A stretch of 64,000 nt of DNA from Candidatus Marinacidobacterales bacterium (GCA_965224085.1 CBDCYI010000005.1:2144001-2208000), one strand, 5' to 3'. Positions 8,026 through 18,302 are shown, counted from the stretch's first letter. A program made the numbers and translations. Notes: a model not told the origin generated them from the sequence alone.

Positions 8026-10058
8026 GTGTGCTGGGCAGCGTCCAGATCAGGAAGGTTGAAGTCCCTCTGGTGCTCGGATGAGGAGCGCCATATCCAAAAG
8101 CGGGGGTAACGCCTCGCTGGCCGGGGAACGCGGATAAGGAGAACCCTAAACGGGCACGAAGTTGGAAACGATGGCTACTGCCAAGGGGATGTACCTAAGT
8201 TCGGGTTCTGTCCACTGGACAACTGGAGGACAGGGTGTCCACCGCGAGGTGGAATCTGAAGGGTATGCGGAGCAGTACCGGGCCGTAATCGAGGGGGCGA
8301 CCCCGTTGATGAACCGGTCGGCCAAAGGTGGGGCAAGGTCGAGCCTGCACTATGGAGGCGAAGGCGTTCTCATTCACCCACCGAATCAAGGTGTTTGCGG
8401 ACGGCACGGTACGGAAGATCTGGACGTGACCCCAGGAGGGCTCATTGGGTTCCCGAGTGGCGTCGGGATAAGCGACCCTATAAGCGAGAGCGAAATGGGA
8501 AGTGAAGCCGGGTGAGTCGTCGGACAGCCCAATAGTACCTGAAGCGCGGTGAAAGTCGTGTGATCGAGAGATCGGCAGCCGAGTGGGCTGGGGAAGGGGG
8601 CTGGCAAAGGTGGTTGGTGACAACAAGGATGACAGACGAGTAAGGGCGATGACGCGGATAAGTTCCTTTAGTGAAAGACCCAGAAGTGATCGTCCGAGGA
8701 AACTGTCGGCCTGGTTGAACCCAACGGGTGAGAGGAAGGTCCACTCTCTGGTGGACAAGATATACAAGCGGAAGAACTTGGAGCTGGCCTGGAACCGAGT
8801 GAAGCGGAACAAGGGTGCCGGTGGCATCGATGGACAAACTCTGGACGAGTTTGAGGAGCAGCTTGATGCGCACCTCAACCGACTCCATGAGGAGCTCAAG
8901 ACCGATGCCTATCGTCCACTACCTGTTCGGCAGAAACTCATTCCCAAGGCTGGACAACCGGGAAAGTTCCGCCCGCTCGGCATTCCGGCCGTTTATGACC
9001 GCGTGTGTCAGCAGGCACTGCAGAACCGGTTGGAACCGATCTTCGAGCAGGTGTTCGATGCCGCCAGCTTCGGATATCGACGAGGAAGATCGACAAAGGA
9101 TGCTTTACGCAAGATCTGGCAAGAGATCGAAGAGGGTTACGAGTGGATCGTGGATGCGGATCTTTCCAATTTCTTTGGGACTGTGGACCATGAGAAGCTC
9201 CTCGCTCTTGTTGCCAAGCGAGTGTCGGATGGTCGCGTCCTTCGTCTTATTCGCAGCATGCTCAAAGCAGGCTGCATGGCGGAGGGGAGACGGCTCCCGA
9301 CCGAGCAAGGTGCACCGCAAGGCGGTGTGGTCTCACCGATCTTAAGTAACGTCCTTTTGACTCCGTTTGATCGGGAGATGCGCCATCGTGGCTATCGCCT
9401 GACGCGGTATGCCGACGACTGGGTCGTGACATGCTGCACCAAGGCAGAGGCCCAGAAGGTGCTGGCCGAAGCCCGGATGATCCTTACGACGTTGGGTGTA
9501 ACCTTGAACGTGGAGAAGACTCGTATCGTTCACGTTGCACACGGCTTCGAGTTCTTGGGATACAAGATCAAGCGGGGTAGTCGCCCTTTGGCCCTACCCT
9601 CACACAAGATCCGTACGGGTGTCCGCAAGGGTGACCTGTACGCGTACCCTCGACAGAAGTCGCTCCAGCACTTCAAGGATCAGATTCGGCGACGGACCTG
9701 TCGCAAAGCTCCTGTGAGTACGCAGCAGCTAATCGACGAGATCAACCCGGTTATTCGCGGTTGGGGTCTTTACTATCATAAAGCTCACGTCCGCAAGCTC
9801 TTCGCGCGTCTCGATCGTTGGATCCTGCGACGTATCTGGTCGCATCGGTTCAAACGCTGGCGCTGTCGGGGGTGGAAGCAGCTCCCGGAGCGTCAGCTCT
9901 ACGATGAGATGGGCCTCGTACGCTTTGTCTTCCTGATTCCTTCCATCAAGCCGCGATGAATAATCCAACCTTTGTGAAAGCCGGATACGGGAAAACTGTA
10001 TGTCCGGTTTGAGCGGCGGACGGGGGTCAGCGCTGCGGTGCGCCCCCTCCGACCCGAC
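8026..10058 (+). mobile_element. Group II intron C (complete, 2033 nt) nested in copy B; possibly class F-like
   Basis: 5' GTGTG at 8026; domain V AAGCCGGATACGGGAAAACTGTATGTCCGGTTT at about 9978-10010; 3' end CCGACCCGAC at 10058; excision restores CATAGT|ACTGAGG exactly as in copy A. Confidence 0.93.
8649..9959 (+). CDS. ltrA: Group II intron reverse transcriptase/maturase of intron C, no En domain
   Basis: KVHSLVDKIY, NKGAGGIDG, RPLGIPAVYDR, SFGYRRGRS, GAPQGGVVSPILSN, RYADDW, FEFLGY; clearly divergent from the A/B RT; start uncertain. Confidence 0.92.
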   Translation: MTRISSFSERPRSDRPRKLSAWLNPTGERKVHSLVDKIYKRKNLELAWNRVKRNKGAGGIDGQTLDEFEEQLDAHLNRLHEELKTDAYRPLPVRQKLIPKAGQPGKFRPLGIPAVYDRVCQQALQNRLEPIFEQVFDAASFGYRRGRSTKDALRKIWQEIEEGYEWIVDADLSNFFGTVDHEKLLALVAKRVSDGRVLRLIRSMLKAGCMAEGRRLPTEQGAPQGGVVSPILSNVLLTPFDREMRHRGYRLTRYADDWVVTCCTKAEAQKVLAEARMILTTLGVTLNVEKTRIVHVAHGFEFLGYKIKRGSRPLALPSHKIRTGVRKGDLYAYPRQKSLQHFKDQIRRRTCRKAPVSTQQLIDEINPVIRGWGLYYHKAHVRKLFARLDRWILRRIWSHRFKRWRCRGWKQLPERQLYDEMGLVRFVFLIPSIKPR

Positions 10059-10085
10059 ACTGAGGAAGCTATCGAAGGCAACGAG

Positions 10086-11231
10086 ATGGTGGAGGGAAGG
10101 GATCGGCCTGGAGGGAACCCACGGGAGAGGGCTAAGGTCCGGACACAGCGCCGGGTCGCCTTACCGCCAAATCTCACGCGGGTGAACGAAGCAGCGAAGC
10201 GAGATAGAAAGGCTCGGTTCACTGCGTTGCTGCATCACGTGGATCACGAAGCGCTCTATCGAGCGTTTCGTCGGTTGAAGCGCAGCGCAAGCGCTGGTGT
10301 CGACGGAGAGACTGTCGCCGATTACGAGAAGAACTTCGTGAGCAACATCAAGGATCTTTGCTCGCGGGTACACGCCGGTCGCTACCGACCACTACCGGTG
10401 CGGCGCGTGTACATTCCTAAGTCGGATGGCGGAAAGCGCCCTCTTGGCATCCCCGCACTGGAAGACAAGATTGTCCAAGGAGCGGTAGCCGAGGTTTTGA
10501 GCGCCGTCTACGAAGTCGATTTCATCGGGTTCTCGTACGGGTTTCGGCCCGGACGGAGCCCGCACCAAGCGTTGCACGCGCTCCACACCGCGCTCATGAC
10601 GCAACGCGTGAACTGGGTTCTCGACGCGGACATCCGCAAGTTCTTCGACTCGGTGGACCACGAGTGGTTGATGCGGATGCTTTCGCACCGGGTCGCCGAC
10701 AAACGCATCCTTCGACTCATCCGTCAGTGGTTGCGAGCCGGCGTACTGGAGAAAGGAGAGTGGAGCGAGACAACTGAAGGGACACCGCAAGGGGCAGGTG
10801 TGAGCCCGCTCTTGGCTAACGTCTTTCTGCACTACGTTCTAGATCTGTGGGTTCATCGATGGCGCCGGCTCGAAGCACAAGGCCGTATTTCCATCGTGCG
10901 ATACGCTGACGACTTCGTCATGGGCTTCCAGCATCGGACCGATGCCAGCAGGATGATGAGAGCGCTCAAGGAGCGACTAGCCCGATTCGGGCTTGCGCTC
11001 CACGAGAACAAGACCCGTTTGCTCGAGTTCGGGAGATTACCTTCCTTGTCACGCGAGCAACGGGGCCTTCGGCGGTGTGCGACGTTCGCTTTCCTGGGTT
11101 TCACTCATTATTGTGGGAGAACCCGCGATGGCCGTTTCGTCGTGAAGCGCAAAACGCAGAGCCAGCGGCTACGAGCCAAACTCAAGTCGCTACGGCTTCG
11201 CGCGAAGCAACGTATGCATGCTCCAGTCGCC
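10086..11231 (+). pseudogene. ltrA: C-terminally truncated RT/maturase of intron copy B
   Basis: Matches copy A protein (one W/R change) up to RMHAPVA, then reads into unrelated DNA to a stop at 11339. Confidence 0.85.
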
Positions 11232-11279
11232 ATCGGGCTCGACGAAGAGGGCACCAATCTAGTTCTCTCCCGACCGATC

Positions 11280-11858
11280 GATACGATCTCGGCGCCCGGG
11301 CGTTGCGGGCGGTGTGTCGGCGGCGCGCCGACCTTGTAATTGAAAACCTTGCTCTGCGGCAGCAGGTGACGGCGCTCAAGAAGGAGCGCCCCAGGCCACC
11401 GCTCGACGACACGGACCGCGCATTCTGGGTTGCGCTCCGAAGCTCGTGGCCGGCGTGGGCGAGCCGCTTGGTCATCGTCAACGCAGACACAGTCGCCCGG
11501 TGGAATCGGGATCGATTCCGACGATTGGACTCGGAATCTCGCGCAGACGCTATCCAGGCCGACCTCGGATTGATGCCGAGACCCGCCACCTCATCCGCAC
11601 GATGTCGCAAGACGGCTGGGGCGCACCTCGTATCCACGCCGAGCTCAAGAAGCTCGCGGCGGCAGTTTCCGACCTAGCGCTCAGCGGTACCTCGCTTGTA
11701 TATCAGCTACCCACGAGGATCGTTGCCACTTGGGGCTCGAAAAAGACACGCCGAACGAGAGACTCATTACGCCGCGACCGTCACCCACGGCGAAAGTTGT
11801 CGCGCTGCCGAGAGTTGGTGGACTGCACCACCGCTACGCGTGGAGCGACGCAGCGTAG
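11280..11858 (+). pseudogene. Internally deleted rve-type integrase/transposase remnant
   Basis: ENLALRQQV..DRAFWVAL..DTVARW, GRPRIDAETRHLIRTM..WGAPRIHAELKKL and C-terminal VVALPRVGGLHHRY in shifting frames; catalytic core absent. Confidence 0.75.
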
Positions 11859-12287
11859 GGCAGTTTTATCGTCGCGAAACTCGCACCGCGGGAGCAGTCG
11901 TAGCTTGTGTTCTCCAGTTCGTGAAACCACAGGCCGCGTGTTCCTGGCAGCGTTTCGCCTACGTCGAGTCCGCCATCGTCCTCATCGCCGAGCCCCATGG
12001 GCCCAACTGTACCAGCGGACTAATAATGATGACGGACAGGTGTGATTGTTGGTCCTTCGCCATGATCGTGATATGGTCTGTGTGCGGTAGTGTATCGAAC
12101 GCCGTTCGCCAATGTTGAGTTGCGCGTCGGGTAGCGCAGGGAATCGTTGAATCGCCACGATAGTCGTCCTCAACGGGCTGTTCTCGGAGGCTGAGCACGG
12201 TGACCATTCTTACGGGCTGCGCGCCCAGCCCGTATGGGCTTTCGTTGTAGTCCGCAGCGGAGCGGGACCTTCGTAAGGAGAGAATGG

Positions 12288-14801
12288 ATGATCAGGACAC
12301 TCGCTCTTGGTGCCGTGATCGCGGGGATCGGGCTGGCAATAGGTAGCAGCCCGGTAGGCGCCTTGCCGTCCCCCGGGCAAGAAACAGGGGCCGTATCCGC
12401 TGCGTCGTTCGCGCGCGAGACCCCGACCGAGCCCGCAGCGCCCTCTCCTTCCCCTTCCGTTACGTCCGAAGCCCTGACCGAGGTGGTTCAGAGCTACTGC
12501 CTGGTCTGCCACGACGACCAGCAGATGACCGGGAACGTCTCGCTCCAGAACTTCGACGTCGAAAGAGCGGCGGAGCAGGCCGAGACGGCCGAGCGGATGA
12601 TCCGGAAACTGCGCTTGGGGATGATGCCGCCTGCAGGCATGCCCCGCCCCGAAGCGGACACCCTCCTGGCGCTGGTGGAGACCCTGGAGTCGAATGTCGA
12701 CGAGGCGGCCCGGACCGCTCCCGATCCAGGCGGGCGTCGGTTCCAGCGGCTCAGTCGGGTCGAATACGAGCGTGTGATCCACGACCTGCTGGCCCTGGAG
12801 GTGGACGCGGGCAAGTGGCTCCCTGTCGACCTTCTCATGGGCGCCTTCGACAACCAGTCGGCCGCCCAGCCGTTATCGCCGACCGTCCTGGATTCGTTTC
12901 TGAGGGCCGCCAGCGAGGTCGCTCGGCTGGCGGTGGGGAACCCCAAGGCCGCCCCCACCACGACGAAGCACGTGAATCCGGAGCGGGTTTCGCAGCACGC
13001 CTGGGATCGGCTCGAAGGCGCTCCGTTCGGAACCCGGGGAGGCATGGTGGTGACCCACGACTTCCCGGCGGACGGAGAATACGTCTTCCAGGTGAAGACC
13101 AAACAGGGGAGTGGGAATCAGACGGCGGTAGAGGATCTTGACATTTCCATCGACGGCGAGGGGGTCGCGCTCCTGATGCTCGAGCACAACGCAGGGGGGC
13201 GCAAGCGTGATGGCGTCGGCATTTTGCTGGCCGACCTGGAGGCGCGGGTCGGCATCCAGACCGAGCCGATCTTCGTCCGCGCGGGCCAGCACACGGTGTC
13301 GGCGGCGTTCGTCAACCTCATCGACGGTCCGTACGAGGATCGGTTCAGTCCTGTCGGATGGTCGGCCACCCATCCAATTACGAGCCAGCAGTACGGAATC
13401 ACCGGGCTGACGCACCTCAGCGAGCTGTGGATCACGGGCCCCAGCAATGTGTCCGGAGTGTCCGAGACGGCGAGTCGCCGAAAGATCTTCACCTGCCACC
13501 CGGCCTCGTCCGCCGAAGAGCGGCCCTGCGCCGAGTCGATCCTCACCGAACTGGCGACGCAGGCCTATCGGCGACCGGTGACGCAGCAAGACGTGGCGGA
13601 CCTGCTGTACTTCTACGACGAGGGAGCCGCCGAAGAGGGATTTGAACGCGGGGTTCGGATGGGGTTGCAGTCCATCCTCATGTCGCCCGATTTCCTGTTC
13701 CGGCTGGAGCGGGAGCCCGCCAGCGCCCGGCCGGGTGAGAGCTATCGACTGAGCGACGTCGAGCTCGCGACACGGCTCTCCTTCTTTCTGTGGGCCACGG
13801 CCCCGGACGAGGAACTCCTCGAGGTCGCCGCGAGCGGCCGGCTTTCGAACCCTGTCGTCCTCGAGCAGCAGGTCGAGCGGATGCTCGAGGATCCCCGGTC
13901 CGAGACGCTCGCCACCCGTTTCGCGCACCAGTGGTTGAGGCTGGAGGACGTCGGGGAGATCTGGCCGCAAGCGTATCTGTATCCGGATTTCACCGGACAG
14001 CTCGCCGACGCGTTGGTGCGGGAGACCGAGCTGTTCTTCCAGTCCCTTGTCGACGAGGACCGGAGCCTGCTCGAGCTCTTGGACGCCGACTACACTTTCG
14101 TCAACGAGCGTCTGGCCCGGCACTACCAGATCGAAGGAATCTACGGGGATGGATTCCGCCGTATCCAGTACCTGGACGACGGGCGCCGTGGAGTCCTCAG
14201 CCACGCGAGCGTGCTGCATCTGACCTCCATGGCGGACCGGACGTCTCCGGTGCTGCGCGGGAAGTGGGTCATGGAGGTGCTGCTCGGGTCGCCGCCGCCG
14301 CCGCCGCCGGAGAACGTGCCGGCTTTCGAGGAAACTCCGGCCGTCGACGAAGGCCGCCCTCTAAACACGCGCGAGCGGATGGAAGCACACCGCGCCAGCC
14401 CGGCGTGTAACTCCTGCCACCGCTTCATGGACCCGATCGGTCTGGCGCTCGACAGCTTCGACGCCACCGGCAGGTGGCGGATCCGTGAGAACATGGTGCC
14501 GCTCGACACGCGGGGCGACTTCTACGACGGTACGCCGATCGCCACGCCCACCGAGCTTGTCGGCGCGCTCCTGAAGCGCCCGATCCCGCTCGTACGGAAC
14601 TTCACCGAAAACCTGCTGTCATACTCGCTCGGCCGTCCCGTGGAGCACTTCGACCAGCCGACGATCCGCGCGATCGTCCGAGAGGCTGAAGCCAACAATT
14701 ATCACATGTCGTCCTTCATCTTCGGAGTGGTGAAGAGCTATGCTTTCCATATGAAACGGATGGAGCCGGCCGTCACCGCCGACGCTGGGGCCGGCCATTA
14801 A
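12288..14801 (+). CDS. Secreted diheme PSCyt/PSD-domain protein (DUF1587/1592/1588/1585/1595 type), paralog 1
   Basis: Signal peptide, CLVCH and CNSCH heme motifs, RLSRVEY, ELATRLSFFLW..PDEEL, RTSPVLRGKWV, PPPPP; AAGGAG RBS before ATG 12288. Confidence 0.85.
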   Translation: MIRTLALGAVIAGIGLAIGSSPVGALPSPGQETGAVSAASFARETPTEPAAPSPSPSVTSEALTEVVQSYCLVCHDDQQMTGNVSLQNFDVERAAEQAETAERMIRKLRLGMMPPAGMPRPEADTLLALVETLESNVDEAARTAPDPGGRRFQRLSRVEYERVIHDLLALEVDAGKWLPVDLLMGAFDNQSAAQPLSPTVLDSFLRAASEVARLAVGNPKAAPTTTKHVNPERVSQHAWDRLEGAPFGTRGGMVVTHDFPADGEYVFQVKTKQGSGNQTAVEDLDISIDGEGVALLMLEHNAGGRKRDGVGILLADLEARVGIQTEPIFVRAGQHTVSAAFVNLIDGPYEDRFSPVGWSATHPITSQQYGITGLTHLSELWITGPSNVSGVSETASRRKIFTCHPASSAEERPCAESILTELATQAYRRPVTQQDVADLLYFYDEGAAEEGFERGVRMGLQSILMSPDFLFRLEREPASARPGESYRLSDVELATRLSFFLWATAPDEELLEVAASGRLSNPVVLEQQVERMLEDPRSETLATRFAHQWLRLEDVGEIWPQAYLYPDFTGQLADALVRETELFFQSLVDEDRSLLELLDADYTFVNERLARHYQIEGIYGDGFRRIQYLDDGRRGVLSHASVLHLTSMADRTSPVLRGKWVMEVLLGSPPPPPPENVPAFEETPAVDEGRPLNTRERMEAHRASPACNSCHRFMDPIGLALDSFDATGRWRIRENMVPLDTRGDFYDGTPIATPTELVGALLKRPIPLVRNFTENLLSYSLGRPVEHFDQPTIRAIVREAEANNYHMSSFIFGVVKSYAFHMKRMEPAVTADAGAGH

Positions 14802-14836
14802 ATAAATATTACCCAACAGTTGAGGAGACTCAGACC

Positions 14837-16237
14837 ATGTCCTACGTCACGGGCAAACACATACCTCGACGGACCTTTCTCCGGGGTGCCGGCGCCATGG
14901 TGGCGCTGCCGTTCATGGAGGCGATGGTACCGGCCGGGCGAGCCTGGCAAGACCCCGCGTCGGAGCGGTTCACGCGCTTCATCGGCGTTGAAGAATCGAT
15001 GGGCTGTGCCGGCGGCAGCGACTGGGGCGACCAGAAGCACCTCTTCGCGCCGGCGAAGGTCGGTCGCGACTTCGATTTCATAGAGGACAGCCATCTGAAG
15101 CACCTCGAGGCGTTCCGGGACTATCTGACGGTCGTCAGCCAGACCGATGTGAGAATGGCGAGCTCCCTGACGCCCGACGAGATCGGTGGCGGCCACGATC
15201 GCGCGTCTGCGGTGTTCCTGACCCAGGCCCATCCGCTGCGCAAATCGGGCGTGGTCTACCTCGGCAAATCGCTGGACCAGTACCATGCCGACCGCTTCGG
15301 ACAGGATACCGTGCTGCCCTCGCTGGAGCTTACCACCGAGCTGGGGGGTCCCGGCGGGTGCGAATACAGCTATCACTGCGCGTATGGAACGACGATCGCC
15401 TGGGCGAGTCCCATCTCGCCGCTTCAGCCGATCGCCGATCCGAGGACCGTGTTCGAGCAGCTCTTCGGCGTCGGTGACTCGGCGGCGGATCGTGCTGCCC
15501 GGCGGCAGACGAACGGGAGCCTGCTCGACTGGGTCGGTACCAAACTGGCCGAGCTGAAGCGGGAGCTGGGAGCGGTGGACCGCCAGACCCTGGACCAGTA
15601 TACGACCCACATCCGCGAGATGGAGCGGCGGATCCAGCTGGTCGAGGCGAAGAACGCGAGCGGCGAGGAGCGCGCGATGCCGGAGGCGCCGTCGGGTGTT
15701 CCCGACCGGTGGGAGGATCATCTGCAGTTGATGTTCGACCTCCAGGTGGTGGCGTTGCAGGCGGACCTCACGCGCGTGATCACCCTCAAGCCCGGGGCCG
15801 ACCGATCGAGCATGACCTTCCCGGAGTGTGGAACGAGCAAGCCGTGGCACTCGGCCTCGCACCACGGAAACACGCCCGAAGGCATCATGGACTACAACAA
15901 GATCAACCGGTACCGCCTGGGTCAGTTCGCGTACTTCCTGGAGAAGCTGAAGAACACCATCGAGGGTGACGCTTCCCTGCTGGACAAGACCGTCATCGTC
16001 TGGGGCTCCGCGATGGGGGATGGGAACGTGCACAACAACGTTCGCTGCCCGCTGCTCCTGATGGGGCACGCGAACGGAGCGCTGGAGGGCAACCTCCACC
16101 TGAGGGCCGAGAAAGGGACGCCGATGGCGAATGTCTTCCTGAGCCTGATGCATCGAATCGGACACGACGACATGGAGTTCTTCGGCGACAGCACAGGCGA
16201 ATTCCCGCTGAGCTTTCCCGGAGAGTCTGTGGATTAA
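14837..16237 (+). CDS. HXXSHH (DUF1552) family protein, paralog 1
   Basis: Tat-like PRRTFLRGAG..ALPFMEAM, WHSASHHG, GNVH. Confidence 0.85.
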   Translation: MSYVTGKHIPRRTFLRGAGAMVALPFMEAMVPAGRAWQDPASERFTRFIGVEESMGCAGGSDWGDQKHLFAPAKVGRDFDFIEDSHLKHLEAFRDYLTVVSQTDVRMASSLTPDEIGGGHDRASAVFLTQAHPLRKSGVVYLGKSLDQYHADRFGQDTVLPSLELTTELGGPGGCEYSYHCAYGTTIAWASPISPLQPIADPRTVFEQLFGVGDSAADRAARRQTNGSLLDWVGTKLAELKRELGAVDRQTLDQYTTHIREMERRIQLVEAKNASGEERAMPEAPSGVPDRWEDHLQLMFDLQVVALQADLTRVITLKPGADRSSMTFPECGTSKPWHSASHHGNTPEGIMDYNKINRYRLGQFAYFLEKLKNTIEGDASLLDKTVIVWGSAMGDGNVHNNVRCPLLLMGHANGALEGNLHLRAEKGTPMANVFLSLMHRIGHDDMEFFGDSTGEFPLSFPGESVD

Positions 16238-16250
16238 AGGGGGGCAAGCA

Positions 16251-18173
16251 ATGAAACCGAGAGCAGGGGCGTGCCTGATCGCTGTCGTCCTCGCAATCGC
16301 GCTAGTGAGTGGGACGGCCGCCGCTGAAGATCGGGCGCTGCTGGACGCGACGAAGCGCGGTGACGTGGGGGCCGTCCGGTCGCTGCTCGCCGATGGCGCG
16401 GATCCGAACGCGGCCCAGGGGGACGGTTTGACGGCGCTGCACCTGGCCGCCCAGGCTGGGAACATAGAGATCGCCCAACTTCTGATCGATGCGGGGGCCC
16501 GGGTCGCGGCGACGACGCGGATCGGCGGCTACATGCCGATACACCTCGCCAGCGGGGCCGCTCAGGCATCCCTCGTCAGCGCGCTCATCGAGGCCGGCGC
16601 CGAACCGGGGGTGGCGACGACGGGTAGCGGCGTGACGACGCTCCACCTCGCCGCGAAAGCGTTCAACGGCGAGAGCACGGTCCGTGTGCTGCTGGAGCGC
16701 GGCGCACCCGTGGACGCGCTGGAGGCCTCCGCCGGGCAGACGCCGTTGATGTTCGCGGCGTCGTACGGCCGCACGGCAGCGGTCCGCGAGCTCCTCGGTC
16801 ACGGCGCGGATCCAGCGATCCACACCGAAGTCGTCGATGTGTTGAAGAGAATGGTCATCGACCAAGCAGCGCAGACACGCCTCCAGGAGGCGCAGAAGGA
16901 GATCCTCGAGAGCTCGCCGGAGGGAACCGGCCGGGGTTTGACCCCTGCGGAGGCGCAGGCGGCCGTCGCCGTCCAGCGCGAGTTCCTGCGCTCGGATGAG
17001 GCCATCGAGAAGTTGCTCGTGGACTTCCATCCGGGCGATCTGGCGAACCGAAGGCTTTACATGGCGACGGAAGTCGAGTACCTGGCGCGACCGTGGTTTG
17101 AGACGCTGGTCGGCAAAACAGGCGGGTTGACGGCGTTGCTGCACGCGGCCCGCGAAGGCCATATCGAAGCGGCGGAGGCGCTCCTGGACGGCGGAGCCGA
17201 CATCGACCAGGTCAGCGGCGGCGACGGAAGCAGTCCCCTCGTCAGCGCCGTGCAGAATGGTCACTTCGATCTGGCGCTGGTTCTGATCGAGCGCGGCGCG
17301 AATCCGAACCTGGCGACCCACACCGACCGGGTCGCACCGCTCTTTGGTGTGCTGCAGACCCAGTGGGCGAACTTTACCAGTCACCCGGTGCCCAGAGCGC
17401 ATGAGCACCAGCAGAGCACGTACTTGGACGTGCTGCGTGCGCTGCTGGCGGCGGGCGCCGACCCGAACGTGCCCATCAAGAGGCACCTGTGGTACTGGGA
17501 ATTCGTCGTCGGACGGGTGGGGCTCGACGTCAACGGTGCCACCCCGTTCTGGCGGGCCGCGTTCGCGCTGGACATCGAGGCGATGAAGCTGCTGGCGGCC
17601 TCCGGCGCCGACCCGAACGTTCCGACCAGGTGGGACGAGGTCGGCATGAGAGGTTCACGGCAAGAGGACGGGCGAAGCGGGGATGACTCGGGGTTGCCGC
17701 CGTTTCCCAAGGGCACGGCCAACATGTATCCCATACACGCTGCGGCGGGGGGTGGTTGGCTGGGGTTTGTAGCCGTCGACTTGCGCCAGGTGCCGAACAA
17801 CTTCTTCTATGCTGTGAAGTACCTGGTCGAGGAGCATGGCGCGGACGTCAACGTGCCCAACTCGTGGGGTTACACGCCGCTCCACTATGCGGCGGCCAGG
17901 GGCGACAACCGCCTCATCGATTACCTGCTGGCGAAGGGCGCCGACCTGCACGCAATCAGCCGGCTTGGCCAGTCGGCGGTCGATATGGCCCGTGGCGGCG
18001 GAGCCGGATACCACCGTCGGTCGCCGTTCCCGGAGACCGTGAAGTACATGTTGCGCCTCGGCGCCGAGTTCAAGTGTATCGACACCCACTTCCGGGGCAC
18101 CGGGGCCTGGTGCCCGGGTGCTGGCGTGCCGCCGTTCGAGGGAGCGATAATAACGCTACCACCACCCCAATAG
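16251..18173 (+). CDS. Secreted ankyrin-repeat protein, paralog 1
   Basis: Signal peptide; repeated GxTALHxAA / GAD(P/V)N ankyrin units. Confidence 0.88.
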   Translation: MKPRAGACLIAVVLAIALVSGTAAAEDRALLDATKRGDVGAVRSLLADGADPNAAQGDGLTALHLAAQAGNIEIAQLLIDAGARVAATTRIGGYMPIHLASGAAQASLVSALIEAGAEPGVATTGSGVTTLHLAAKAFNGESTVRVLLERGAPVDALEASAGQTPLMFAASYGRTAAVRELLGHGADPAIHTEVVDVLKRMVIDQAAQTRLQEAQKEILESSPEGTGRGLTPAEAQAAVAVQREFLRSDEAIEKLLVDFHPGDLANRRLYMATEVEYLARPWFETLVGKTGGLTALLHAAREGHIEAAEALLDGGADIDQVSGGDGSSPLVSAVQNGHFDLALVLIERGANPNLATHTDRVAPLFGVLQTQWANFTSHPVPRAHEHQQSTYLDVLRALLAAGADPNVPIKRHLWYWEFVVGRVGLDVNGATPFWRAAFALDIEAMKLLAASGADPNVPTRWDEVGMRGSRQEDGRSGDDSGLPPFPKGTANMYPIHAAAGGGWLGFVAVDLRQVPNNFFYAVKYLVEEHGADVNVPNSWGYTPLHYAAARGDNRLIDYLLAKGADLHAISRLGQSAVDMARGGGAGYHRRSPFPETVKYMLRLGAEFKCIDTHFRGTGAWCPGAGVPPFEGAIITLPPPQ

Positions 18174-18302
18174 CGCCGTTCGAAACCCGGTTGGCTTACC
18201 AATACCACTGGCGAGCCCTGCGGGGCATACGTTTGCCTCCCCTCGGCGCCGTCGAAGCCCTCGTCGGGGCCGAATCTTCAAGAGACTCCGACGCCGCTCG
18301 AC

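Larger units (their letters stand above)
7630..11231 (+). mobile_element. Group II intron, copy B (same intron as A; interrupted by intron C and 3'-truncated)
   Basis: GTGCG at 7630; 7630-8025 and 10059-11231 are the near-identical reverse complement of copy A; identity stops at 11231; no domain V/VI seen downstream. Confidence 0.92.

Noticed and set aside
4381-11339. RTs as retron, DGR, CRISPR-associated or defence RTs
   Set aside because: GTGYG 5' ends, DV/DVI and EBS1-IBS1 matches identify group II introns; no TR/VR pair, msr-msd or cas genes seen
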